DNA of 37,809 nucleotides from Hyalangium sp. (GCF_045802625.1 NZ_JBJMQP010000096.1:1-37809); one strand, 5' to 3'. Positions 18,812 through 27,541 are shown, numbered from the stretch's first letter. Numbers and translations: made by a program. The notes: generated by a model from the letters alone, not told the origin.

Positions 18812-19381
18812 ATGCGAGTGCGCACCTGTGCCTGGAGGCACTGCCGGCGTGTCTTCTTCCTCTGCGCGCGCTGCAACCGGGGCAACCTGTACTGCTCGCG
18901 GAGCTGCGCGCAGAGGGCCCGGCGGGTGAGCCTGAGGGCCGCGGGGCAGCGCTACCAGCGCAGCCGCAGGGGCCGCTTCAAGCACGCGGCCCGTCAGGCC
19001 AGCTACCGGCAGCGGCGGAGGGCGCTGCAGAAAGTGACGCATCCCTCTACGCAGGAGCCGCCGACTCTCGGCAATGTGGTCTCTCCGACGGAGAACACGA
19101 AGCACACCCTCATACCGCTCTCCGCCGGGCGAGAACATGCAACGAAGCCTCAGGAGTTCGGGAGTGAACAGGCGGGGGCCGCTGCTCGAGCCACCCGGCA
19201 GGGCGCCTCGGCGGGCCTGTCCGGCCGCCTCATGGGTGCGTCTGGTGGCGAGGAAGGAGCGCGGGCCACCACCTCCCTGGAAAGCCCCCGGCCCGAGTGG
19301 CAGTGCATTCGCTGTCAGCGCTCGCTGAGCGCCCTGCGCCAGACCCTCCTGGCGGTGGCGCTCCCCTCAGACAGGGCCTAG
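18812..19381 (+). CDS. hypothetical Cys- and Arg-rich zinc-ribbon-like basic protein
   Basis: MRVRTCAWRHCRRVFFLCARCNRGNLYCSRSCAQRARR... carries C-x4-C, C-x2-C and C-x3-C, followed by an R/Q-rich tail and a C-terminal CIRC. GC3 is very high in the first 70 codons. Divergent from the SET operon. Confidence 0.45.
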   Translation: MRVRTCAWRHCRRVFFLCARCNRGNLYCSRSCAQRARRVSLRAAGQRYQRSRRGRFKHAARQASYRQRRRALQKVTHPSTQEPPTLGNVVSPTENTKHTLIPLSAGREHATKPQEFGSEQAGAAARATRQGASAGLSGRLMGASGGEEGARATTSLESPRPEWQCIRCQRSLSALRQTLLAVALPSDRA

Positions 19382-19479
19382 CGGCAGTCCATCACATCGG
19401 GTGACGCCGCCGCGTTGCCGCTCCAGTTCGAGACGAAAAGCCTCTCACCCGTGCGGGCGCTCCGCGGGTGGCGAGGGCT

Positions 19480-19560
19480 GATAGGGATTGAAATGTCTTC
19501 AGACGTTTGAGTGTGCCAGGTTGTGAATATTTCGTTTGAGTTTAAAGGCTTTTCACAAAC
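19480..19560 (+). promoter_or_regulatory. AT-rich putative promoter region of the ECF sigma gene, with two direct CGTTTGAGT repeats
   Basis: Local GC is far below the 70% background. Copies of CGTTTGAGT lie at 19504-19512 and 19533-19541, 29 bp apart. Confidence 0.3.
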
Positions 19561-19605
19561 AAAGGGCTGGTCCGTCTCCAGGGGGCACTTTCCGGCACAG
19601 GACCC

Positions 19606-20145
19606 GTGAAATCTCCCTCGAGCCCCTCTTCTTTTTGGCAGGTCTGGTTGCAGCACAAAGACCATTTGCATCAACAGAGCCTTCGTCTGATGGGAGGGAG
19701 TGAGCCCGATGCGGACGACGCGCTGAACACCGCCATGCTTCGCGCCTTGCAGCGGTTCTCTTCCTCGAGTGGAGAGATCCACAACGAGAAGGCCTGGCTG
19801 AGCCGGATCCTCTACAACGTCTGCATGGACCTTCACCGCGAGCGCCGGCGCCGGGTCGACCCGGAGGAGCTGCTCGAGGAGGCGGAGATCTCGTGGGGCG
19901 CGCCTCTGGAGGACTCACCGGATGAGGTGCTGCTCCAGCGCGAGCGGGCCGAGGAGATCCACGGCTGCATCGAGGCGCTGCCCCTCAACCTGCGCAAGCC
20001 CTTCACGATGCGCTTCCTGCAGGACATGTCCTATGCGGACATTGCCCTGCACCTGCAGCTGACCAACTGCAACGTGAGGAAGCGCATCCAGCTTGCCTAC
20101 GGCATCCTCCGCGTCACGCTGGCGGAGGTGCTCCTCGCGCGCTGA
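19606..20145 (+). CDS. ECF-type RNA polymerase sigma-70 factor
   Basis: Region 2 (DALNTAMLRALQRF, ILYNVCMDLHRERRR) and region 4 HTH (MSYADIALHLQLTNCNVRKRIQLAYGILR) are present. GTG start. GC is lower than in neighbouring genes. Confidence 0.85.
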   Translation: MKSPSSPSSFWQVWLQHKDHLHQQSLRLMGGSEPDADDALNTAMLRALQRFSSSSGEIHNEKAWLSRILYNVCMDLHRERRRRVDPEELLEEAEISWGAPLEDSPDEVLLQRERAEEIHGCIEALPLNLRKPFTMRFLQDMSYADIALHLQLTNCNVRKRIQLAYGILRVTLAEVLLAR

Positions 20146-20154
20146 GCCCAGGCT

Positions 20155-20179
20155 GGCGCCCGCCATGAGGCGAGGCGCC
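20155..20179. terminator. hairpin in the 51-bp convergent gap (candidate bidirectional terminator)
   Basis: ggcgcccgcc-atga-ggcgaggcgcc, about 10 bp with one bulge. Confidence 0.25.
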
Positions 20180-20196
20180 ACCGCCGTTCGTGAGGC

Positions 20197-21081
20197 TCAG
20201 GGGCGCGGATCACCGGCCGGGTCCTCCGGCCGTGGCTCCGGCTTCACCTCGCTGGGCCCAGGCCTCGACTCGAGCCCCGCCTCCATTCGCGCGACCAGAT
20301 CCTGGGCCAGCCGCTCGCTGAAGCCGGACACGAAGCACAGCGCGAGGAAGAAGAAGGACTCTTTGGGGCCGGGAGCTGGCCGCTCGAGGGGGATCAGCCC
20401 GGAGTTCAGCAACGCGATGGAGAAGATCGCGAAGCAGGCCCCCACCACCGGCTTGGAGAAGCCGGCCATCACCATCGAGGCCGGCGTGGTGCCTTGCAGC
20501 TCTTTGAAGTCCTGGATGCGTACCAGGATGCTCGTCACGCTCCCCACGGCGCCGCCCACCACGGCCAGCAGCAGCAGATGGAGGGGGATGCCGAAGAACG
20601 TTTCCCCCGAGGCCATGATCCATTGCTGGCCCAGCACCGCCAGCACCAGGACGACGGTGAGTGAGCCTCCCAGGCCGAGCATCACCTGGACGGAAGGGGA
20701 GTCCGTCTTCAGCACGGCCGCCAGGCGCAAGGGGTGCAACGCATCCGCCAACTGGGACGCGAGCCGCTTGCGCATGTCCCGGGCAAACCGCAGGTTGGGC
20801 TTTTCTCCCAGCAGCGCGATGATCCCCAACTCGAGGCAGTCGACCGCGGCGGGCCCGAGCGTGGACGCCGCCTGCTCGCGCAGGTAGAGCAGCAGCGCCA
20901 GCTCCTCCTGGATACGTGAGTCGAGGGGCTCGGCGAGGCGCTGGCGGAGCCGCGCGTTCAGATCCGAGTCTCCGGGAGGCAAGGGCGGCTCGTCTGGCGG
21001 CGCTTCAGGCTCGGGGAGGGGGGAGGGCGGGGCCAGAGACGAGGCGCCGTCCATAGGGAGCACCTGGAACTGCTCGCTCAT
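20197..21081 (-). CDS. hypothetical polytopic membrane protein downstream of phaC
   Basis: Pro-rich N-terminus and about 4 TM helices. ATG 21081. Lies 86 nt after the phaC stop on the same strand. Confidence 0.6.
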   Translation of the reverse strand: MSEQFQVLPMDGASSLAPPSPLPEPEAPPDEPPLPPGDSDLNARLRQRLAEPLDSRIQEELALLLYLREQAASTLGPAAVDCLELGIIALLGEKPNLRFARDMRKRLASQLADALHPLRLAAVLKTDSPSVQVMLGLGGSLTVVLVLAVLGQQWIMASGETFFGIPLHLLLLAVVGGAVGSVTSILVRIQDFKELQGTTPASMVMAGFSKPVVGACFAIFSIALLNSGLIPLERPAPGPKESFFFLALCFVSGFSERLAQDLVARMEAGLESRPGPSEVKPEPRPEDPAGDPRP

Positions 21082-21167
21082 ATGGGACCTTCTAGGACGA
21101 GAGATGAAAGGCTCTGAAGAAACGTCGCAAGCCTCGAGGCTGTGAACGCTCGCCCCGGGCCGGGCCC

Positions 21168-22931
21168 CTACTCCGGGAGGATGCGCGTCCGCACATAGCG
21201 GCCCGGAGCTGCTTCGATGGGGTGCAACGCTCCATCCCCTGGCGATCGGGCCGGGACACGCGGTCCCGAACGTTCAGACAGCCAGGCGTCCCAGTCGGTC
21301 CACCAGGAGCCCGGCCGCTCCACAGCGCCGGTGAGCCATGCGTCCGCATCCGGCGCCAGTGGCTCTGGCTCGGCCACCCAGTGACGGTACTTGTTCGCCG
21401 CTGGCGGGTTGATGACGCCGGCGACGTGACCGGAGCCCGCAAGGACGAACCGTTTAGGGCCGGAGAAGTGCCGCAGGCCCCGGTACACGGAGCGGAAGGG
21501 AGCGATGTGGTCCTCCCGGCAGGCCTGCACGTAGAGGGGGATGCGTACCCGGCCCAGGTCGAGCGGCGTCTCCCCGAAGCAGAGGGCTCCCGGCTGCACC
21601 AGCCGGTTGTGCAAGTACAGCTCTCGCAAGTAGGTGGCGTGCGCTCGCGCTGGCAGGTGCGTCGGGTCGGAGCTCCAGTACAGGAAGTCGCTCGGGGCTG
21701 GCTCCCGGCCGAGCAGGTAGTTGTTCACCACGAAAGGCCAGAACAGCTCCTTGGCCCGGAGCAGGTTGAAGGTGGTCATCATGTCGACCCCGTCGAGGTA
21801 TCCCCGCTGGCGCATGCTCGCCTCCAGGTGCTCGAGCTGGGGCCCGTCGATGAACGCGCCCAGATCGCCGGGCTCGCTGAAGTCCACCTGCGTGGTGAGC
21901 AGGGTGGCGCTCTGGATGCGCTCGTCTGCCTGGGCGGCCAGGTAGGCCAGCCCCGTTGCCAGCAAGGTGCCACCGATGCAGTAGCCCAGCGCGGACACCT
22001 GCTGCTCCCCGGTGGCCCGGGTGGTGGCCTCGAGCGCGGGCAGCAGCCCACGGAGCAGGTAGTGCTCCAGGTCCACGTGGGCGTGGCTCGCGTCCGGGTT
22101 CACCCAGGAGACGAGGAACACCGTATAGCCGCGCTCCACCGCCCAGCGGACGAAGGAGTTCTCCGGACGAAGATCCAGGATGTAGTACTTGTTGATCCAC
22201 GGAGGGATCACCAGCAACGGGCGCCGGTATACGGTGGCCGTGGTGGGCCGGTACTGGAGCAGCTGGAACAGGGTGTCCTCGTAGATGACCTCGCCCGGTG
22301 TGACGGCCAGGTTCTCTCCCAGCTTGAAGGTGCGGGTGTCCGTCATGCGAGGTGCGAGCCGGCCCTGGCCGCGCTCGAGATCCGTGAGCAGCGCCTCCAG
22401 TCCGGACCGCAGGGTGCGGCCGCCAGACTCCCGCGCGGCGCGGAGCACCTCCGGGTTGAGGACAGGGAGGTTCGAAGGGGCCAGGGCCTCGGTGAGCTGG
22501 CGGGTGTAGAAGCGGGCCTTGAGCGCCGTGGGCCTGTCCACCCCCTGGGCGTTGGCCACCACCTGCTGCAGCCAGTCCGCGCCCAGCAGGTACGAGCGGC
22601 GGGCGAAGTCGAAGAAGGGGTTCTCCGTCCACGCGGGATCGCGGAAGCGGCGGTCCTCTCGCGGCGGCGGCGCGGTCTCGCCAGGGCGCGCCAGGGTCTG
22701 ACAGAGGCTCGCGGAGCGCTCACACAGATCACTCCCCGCCGTCAGCAGCTGCTCGGGGTTCATCGCCGTCCGGAGGAGCACCTCCAGGAAGGCCCGCCGC
22801 ATGTGCCTCAGGGAAGCGTCCTCCGCCGCCTCACTGGCCCTGTGCTCGAGCCAACGCGCCAGCACCCCGCAGGCCCGGGCCATGGCTCGGACCTGCTCCA
22901 GCCGCTGTGCATCTCCATCGTCGGCATCCAT
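21168..22931 (-). CDS. phaC: class I poly(3-hydroxyalkanoate) synthase
   Basis: Lipase box GYCIGG and an alpha/beta-hydrolase core with conserved His/Asp; class I length (587 aa). ATG 22931 with SD AGGAAGGAG 9 nt upstream. The track start (TTG 22964) is less likely. Confidence 0.9.
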   Translation of the reverse strand: MDADDGDAQRLEQVRAMARACGVLARWLEHRASEAAEDASLRHMRRAFLEVLLRTAMNPEQLLTAGSDLCERSASLCQTLARPGETAPPPREDRRFRDPAWTENPFFDFARRSYLLGADWLQQVVANAQGVDRPTALKARFYTRQLTEALAPSNLPVLNPEVLRAARESGGRTLRSGLEALLTDLERGQGRLAPRMTDTRTFKLGENLAVTPGEVIYEDTLFQLLQYRPTTATVYRRPLLVIPPWINKYYILDLRPENSFVRWAVERGYTVFLVSWVNPDASHAHVDLEHYLLRGLLPALEATTRATGEQQVSALGYCIGGTLLATGLAYLAAQADERIQSATLLTTQVDFSEPGDLGAFIDGPQLEHLEASMRQRGYLDGVDMMTTFNLLRAKELFWPFVVNNYLLGREPAPSDFLYWSSDPTHLPARAHATYLRELYLHNRLVQPGALCFGETPLDLGRVRIPLYVQACREDHIAPFRSVYRGLRHFSGPKRFVLAGSGHVAGVINPPAANKYRHWVAEPEPLAPDADAWLTGAVERPGSWWTDWDAWLSERSGPRVPARSPGDGALHPIEAAPGRYVRTRILPE

Positions 22932-22979
22932 CCGAGGCCGCTCCTTCCTGGCAAAGCCGCGCAAGGTGCGCGTCCGCCC

Positions 22980-23708
22980 TCAGAACATGTGCTGCCCACC
23001 ATTGATGGTGAGCGTGGAGCCGGTGATGAAGCTGGCCTCGTCGGACGCGAGGAACACCACGGCCCGGCCGATCTCCTCGGCCCGGCCAAGCCTCCCCACC
23101 GGGATCCGGGAGCGGATCTGCGCCAGGACCTCTGGGGCAACGGCGCGCACCATGTCCGTCTCGATGTAGCCGGGGGCGATCATGTTCACGGTGATGCCGC
23201 GGGCCGCGCCCTCGCGCGCCAGGGCCAGGGTGAAGCCATGCATGCCCGCCTTGGCCGCCGCGTAGCTCGTCTGCCCGAGCTGGCCCGTCTGCCCATTGAT
23301 GGAGCCGATGTTGATGATGCGCCCGAAGCCGCGCTCGCGCATCGCGGGGAGGACCGACCAGCACATGTTGAAGCACGAGGTGAGGTTGGTCTGCAGGACG
23401 TCGTGCCAGTGCGCGGCGGTCATGCGGTGCAGCATGGCGTCCCGAGTGATGCCGGCGTTGTTCACGAGCACCTCGATGGGGCCGCAAGCCTCGGCGATCT
23501 TCTTCACCTCCTGTGCGCAGTGCTCCAGGTTGGACACGTCGAACTGGAACGCGGGGATGCCCGTGCGCTCGGAGAACTCTTTCGCCGACTGCTCGTTGGA
23601 CTTGTAGGTGACGGCCACGCGGTAGCCCTGCTGCTTCAGCGCCTCGGCGCTCGCGGCGCCAATGCCGCGCGTGCCACCCGTGACCAATGCCATGCGCCCG
23701 CTCATCAT
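22980..23708 (-). CDS. phaB: acetoacetyl-CoA reductase (SDR family)
   Basis: MMSGRMALVTGGTRGIG with SDR motifs NNAG and YAAAKAG; 242 aa. SD GAGG precedes ATG 23708. The track ORF adds 115 non-coding-like codons upstream. Confidence 0.9.
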   Translation of the reverse strand: MMSGRMALVTGGTRGIGAASAEALKQQGYRVAVTYKSNEQSAKEFSERTGIPAFQFDVSNLEHCAQEVKKIAEACGPIEVLVNNAGITRDAMLHRMTAAHWHDVLQTNLTSCFNMCWSVLPAMRERGFGRIINIGSINGQTGQLGQTSYAAAKAGMHGFTLALAREGAARGITVNMIAPGYIETDMVRAVAPEVLAQIRSRIPVGRLGRAEEIGRAVVFLASDEASFITGSTLTINGGQHMF

Positions 23709-23760
23709 CTTTCCTCGTTGCTGGGAGATCCGCGCCTGAAGACGGAGCAGCCCGCCGGTT

Positions 23761-23796
23761 TGTGAATCCGCCGGTGCGCGCCTCCACCGATTCACA
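23761..23796. promoter_or_regulatory. inverted repeat TGTGAATC-N20-GATTCACA in the phaB/patatin divergent promoter region
   Basis: Half-sites at 23761-23768 and 23789-23796. Confidence 0.25.
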
Positions 23797-23933
23797 GCCA
23801 GGTGGATCCAGCCGTCCCTCTGCTTGCTGTCCCGTGGAGAGGAGTCCTTGGAGGGTAGTGGTTGGGAGATGCCATCCCCCTCTCCGCGGGGCGGCACGAC
23901 ACGCGCACCGCGCTCACCCGTCAGAGGATGCAC

Positions 23934-25115
23934 ATGACGCAGCAATCCACAGGTCAACCTCAACCGCAGATCATCGCCGTCTTCCAGGGAGGAGGGGCCC
24001 TTGGGGCCTACCACGTCGGGGCCTACCACGCCCTGGAGGAAGCCGGGCTCCACCCGGATTGGATCTCAGGCATCTCCATTGGGGCCTTCACCGCCGCGCT
24101 CATCGCCGGCAACCGCCCGGAGAAGCGGCTGGAGCGGTTGGAGGAGTTCTGGCGGGAGATCTCCTGGCCTGGCACCGAGTGGGGAGCCGCGCTGAAGGGG
24201 CCCTACCGCCAGTTGTTCAACCTCGGCAGCCACATGACGAGTCTCCTGTTCGGCCAGCCGGGCTTCTTCGTCCCTCGGGTGGTTCCTCCCTCGATGGCCC
24301 TCCCAGGCTCGCTCGAGGCGCTGAGCTTCTGCAGCACGCGGCCCATGCGCACGACGCTGCAGCGGTTGGTGGACTTCGACTACATCAACTCCCGTGCGAC
24401 GCGGCTGAGCCTCGGGGCCACCCGGCTGAGTGATGGGCAGATGGTGTTCTTCGACAACACCCGCGAGGCCATTGGCCCGGAGCATGTGCTCGCCAGCGGA
24501 GCGCTCCCTCCGGCCTTCCCGCCGAGCCGCATCGACGGCGAGCTCTACTGGGACGGCGGCTGCGTCACCAACATGCCGCTCAACGCCATCCTCGATGATC
24601 CTCCTCGGCGGCGCACGATCATCTTCATGGTCGATCTGTTCGACGCCGCGGCAGAGCTGCCGCGCACCCAGGATGAGGCGCATTGGCGCATGAGGTCCAT
24701 TCAGTTCGCGGGTAGGACCGCCCACCATGTCGACCAGTTCGCCACCGTGTGGAACCTGCGTCGCGCGGCGACCCAGGCGGCGAGGCAGGCGTCGGCGTCT
24801 TCTCCTGTCTCCTTCAGCGACGCGCCCGCCGCGGAGCCCGCGCCGCGGCTGGACATCATCCACATCAGCTACCAGCGGGGCCGAGATCAGATCGCGGCCA
24901 GCGTTGGCGAGTTCTCACGGGCCTCCATCCAGGAGCGCCGGGCCGACGGTTACCGCGACATGAAGCAGGCCCTGGCGGCTGCCCCGTGGATGCAGGCCAG
25001 CCCCGAGGGGATGCCGCAGGCGTTCAGCGATTCGGAAACGGACCGCTCGGGCGAGGGCGCGGTCGTCCATCGCGTCAACGGCGGGAAGGTCCAGAGCAAG
25101 GTTCACATGCCGTAA
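23934..25115 (+). CDS. patatin-like phospholipase-family hydrolase (candidate PHA-granule lipase or depolymerase)
   Basis: Oxyanion GGGALGAYHVGAY, nucleophile elbow GISIGA and catalytic-Asp motif YWDGG. ATG 23934 with SD GAGG 6 nt upstream. The track start (TTG 23862) is less likely. Confidence 0.85.
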   Translation: MTQQSTGQPQPQIIAVFQGGGALGAYHVGAYHALEEAGLHPDWISGISIGAFTAALIAGNRPEKRLERLEEFWREISWPGTEWGAALKGPYRQLFNLGSHMTSLLFGQPGFFVPRVVPPSMALPGSLEALSFCSTRPMRTTLQRLVDFDYINSRATRLSLGATRLSDGQMVFFDNTREAIGPEHVLASGALPPAFPPSRIDGELYWDGGCVTNMPLNAILDDPPRRRTIIFMVDLFDAAAELPRTQDEAHWRMRSIQFAGRTAHHVDQFATVWNLRRAATQAARQASASSPVSFSDAPAAEPAPRLDIIHISYQRGRDQIAASVGEFSRASIQERRADGYRDMKQALAAAPWMQASPEGMPQAFSDSETDRSGEGAVVHRVNGGKVQSKVHMP

Positions 25116-25132
25116 CCCTGGAGAGAAGACCC

Positions 25133-25504
25133 ATGACCGAGAAGACCAAGAGACCCGAGTGGATGAAGGCGTTCTTCCCGCCCCCGAAGGAAGGCGAGGC
25201 CACGTACAGCGCTCTGTTTGACCTGGGGCGGGCGTCCCTGCTGCAGGCCGCCACCGCTCAGCGAACCGCGCTCGAGTTCTACCGGCAGTTCACGGAGGGC
25301 GATGGCGACGAGCGCTCGCTGCGCGCGTACCAGGAGGGGCTGCTGCGCAAGATGCTGGAGGCCATGGACCCCTTCTTCGCGATCGAGCAGCCGGTGCGCC
25401 AGCAGGCGCTGAAGGCGCAGGCCGCGCTGCTCGATCTGTGCGAGGAGAGCCTGCATGGCTTCCTGAGGTACAACGAGGAGCGGAACAGCTCCAAGTCCAC
25501 CTGA
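25133..25504 (+). CDS. small helical protein, phasin-like (PHA granule-associated), co-transcribed with the patatin gene
   Basis: 123 aa, predicted all-helical and amphipathic (MTEKTKRPEWMKAFF...ALEFYRQF...). SD GGAGAG lies 7 nt upstream of ATG 25133, 18 nt after the patatin stop. Confidence 0.5.
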   Translation: MTEKTKRPEWMKAFFPPPKEGEATYSALFDLGRASLLQAATAQRTALEFYRQFTEGDGDERSLRAYQEGLLRKMLEAMDPFFAIEQPVRQQALKAQAALLDLCEESLHGFLRYNEERNSSKST

Positions 25505-25522
25505 GCCTCGCATTCCATCATC

Positions 25523-25556
25523 ATGCCCCGGGCGAGTCTCCCTTCGCCCGGGGCAT
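25523..25556. terminator. perfect 13-bp GC hairpin between the convergent phasin-like and C25 genes
   Basis: atgccccgggcga-gtctccct-tcgcccggggcat, followed by cgtctttcg on the + strand. Confidence 0.45.
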
Positions 25557-25579
25557 CGTCTTTCGAGGGATGGACTCGC

Positions 25580-27277
25580 TCAGCTCTGCTTCGCGCCCGC
25601 GCGGGCCAACGCCTCGCGGCCTCCTGCCAGATAGAGCTGCTCCCATTGCAGGAGTTGCGTGGGAGTCACCCCCAGCTTTTGAGCGGACTCCAGCCGGCGC
25701 GCGGCCAGCTCCAGCACCGCACGCTCGAGCTCCTCGTGGCCCTGGGGCTTGCTCGGAGGAGTAGGGGCCGGTGGCGGCGCCGTCAGGGAGAGCAGCCCCA
25801 AGGTGGACGGGAGGGTGCTGGCCGGCGCCGGCTGTGCCAGCGGCAGCCGCACCGCGGGATCCCCAAGGAGGATGTAGCCGCCCAGATCCTGGCGGAGCAT
25901 CCACAGGTGGGCCCGCTGCAGCGGATCCACTGGTGAGGGCCGCCCGGCGCCCCGGGCCTCCTCTTCCTGATCATACAGCGTGGTCAGCTCGAGGTTGGCC
26001 TGGTGGCCCCCCCGCAGCAGCCACCCCAGGCCCACTCCGGCGCGGCGTCCCCGCGCGAACTGTTGCAGCGGCTCCAGGAAGCGGGAGGTCTTGCCGCGGC
26101 GGCTGTCGCGATCCTGGAAGCCATACGTCCAGGCCAGGTCCACGTGGCCGAAGACCGCCAGCGGCCCGTTCGGGTTGGCCAGCGCGGCCTGGGGCAGCGC
26201 GGCGACGAAGGGCCGCTCTCCGGGCTGCGGGAGCGAGGAGGTGATGGAGTCGAGCCTCCCGCTGAACTGCCCCCCTGCCTGGAGCTGCCGCAGCCAATGC
26301 TGGAACGCGCTCCGCGACGGAGTGCCCGCGCCGAAGCAGGCGAAGAGGAACCAGATGCCGCCCGGCAGGAAGGGCCGGCTGGCCAGGGAGGCGCCGTCCA
26401 GGTGTAGTCCTTCCCCCAGGTTCATCGCGCCCTGGAGCGCGAGCTTCTCGTCCGTGCTGCGCCAGCCGGCGCGCGGGCTGCCGAGCCCGTGGCTCATGCT
26501 GAAGAGGATCCCAGGCCGTGGCTGTGATGCCTGCTCGAGCAGCTCGGTCACACCGCCCTTTCCGGGCCCCCCGAGCTCTAGCAGCTCCCGCATGGGGAAT
26601 CTGCCCAGCTCACGGGCCTGCTGGGCGGCGACGAGGCCTGGCGCCACCAGCGCCTGGTAGCCCGTGGAGGTCGCCGCGGTGCCGTCATGGACCGTGAAGA
26701 AGAGCGCGCGTGCCTGCTCCTCGGTGGAGGGCTCGCGCTCCCAGCGGAGCACCTTCGCCACGTAGGACTCGTAGTCCTGCTCGCGCCGGAAGGCCAGCCG
26801 CCCGACGAAAGCACTGCTGGCCGCGCACTGCTGCAGCTCGAAGGGCACCTGGTCGAAGTCCCCGAGGAACAACAGGTAGCGCGGCCGATCCGCCACCGGC
26901 ACCGACTCGTCATCGAGCACGGTGCGCACCCAGCGGGAGAAGTGCTCCAGGCTCCGGGCCTCCGCGGCCAGCCCTGGCTTCACCCGGTAGATGCGGACAG
27001 GGTGACCGCCCTGATCCTCCTGCCGCCGCCGGCGCAGGGGCTCGATGAGGGCGAGCAGCCGGTCGCCTTCGGGCCCCTCGGGAGCGACGAGGCCCCAGCG
27101 CTGCGCGGGCAGTGAGTTGGGATCCTCGCCATCATCCCAGAGGTGGCTCTCCTCCCGGGCCTCCTGGGACTCGCTGGGAGGGGCCTGCGCGGCGGCTGCC
27201 GCTGGCACCCCTTGGGGGGTTACGGGTTCGTGGGAATCAGCGTGGACAAGTAACAGCTCCAGGTTCTCCGTGCTCAA
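25580..27277 (-). CDS. gingipain-like (peptidase C25, clan CD) cysteine peptidase with no signal peptide and a C-terminal HTH
   Basis: C25 blocks YLLFLGDFDQVPF, catalytic His ILFSMSHGLGS, catalytic Cys IWFLFACFGAGTP, and GGYILLGDPAVRLPL. After a Pro-rich linker the C-terminus reads LELAARRLESAQKLGVTPTQLLQWEQLYLAGGREALA, which resembles the IS3 OrfA HTH. TTG start at 27277. Confidence 0.7.
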   Translation of the reverse strand: MSTENLELLLVHADSHEPVTPQGVPAAAAAQAPPSESQEAREESHLWDDGEDPNSLPAQRWGLVAPEGPEGDRLLALIEPLRRRRQEDQGGHPVRIYRVKPGLAAEARSLEHFSRWVRTVLDDESVPVADRPRYLLFLGDFDQVPFELQQCAASSAFVGRLAFRREQDYESYVAKVLRWEREPSTEEQARALFFTVHDGTAATSTGYQALVAPGLVAAQQARELGRFPMRELLELGGPGKGGVTELLEQASQPRPGILFSMSHGLGSPRAGWRSTDEKLALQGAMNLGEGLHLDGASLASRPFLPGGIWFLFACFGAGTPSRSAFQHWLRQLQAGGQFSGRLDSITSSLPQPGERPFVAALPQAALANPNGPLAVFGHVDLAWTYGFQDRDSRRGKTSRFLEPLQQFARGRRAGVGLGWLLRGGHQANLELTTLYDQEEEARGAGRPSPVDPLQRAHLWMLRQDLGGYILLGDPAVRLPLAQPAPASTLPSTLGLLSLTAPPPAPTPPSKPQGHEELERAVLELAARRLESAQKLGVTPTQLLQWEQLYLAGGREALARAGAKQS

Positions 27278-27451
27278 TGCGTGTCCTCCGGCAAGGAGCG
27301 CCCAAGAGGTGGGCGCTTGCCAGGAGGACGCGGCAGGCCCTGGCCGTGTGAGTCATTGGAGGAGACATGGGTGAGACGCGCGAGCCCGGGTGATGGTGAA
27401 CTCCGCTCGCTGCCCTCATGGTGGGCAGCCGCGGTCACCGCCAGGCTTTGT

Positions 27452-27469
27452 GTGTGATCGCATTCACAC
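27452..27469. promoter_or_regulatory. CRP/FNR-type palindrome GTGTGA-tcgcat-TCACAC
   Basis: Perfect TGTGA-N6-TCACA. It lies in the divergent intergenic region, 73 bp upstream of ATG 27542. Confidence 0.4.
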
Positions 27470-27541
27470 CGTGGCGCTGTTTGGCGTCCTGGGAGCGTAG
27501 CACCCGGCACATGCCGGCAACTCAACCCCTAGGAGGAAGTC

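Noticed and set aside
21222-23765. 847-aa + strand ORF
   Set aside because: It is antisense to phaC and phaB.
25580-25720. Possible IS3-family insertion sequence, suggested by an OrfA-like HTH
   Set aside because: Only about 45 codons are similar, fused in-frame to the peptidase. There is no OrfB, frameshift site or terminal inverted repeats, and just 75 bp lie before the next gene. It is recorded as a domain or relic, not a mobile element.
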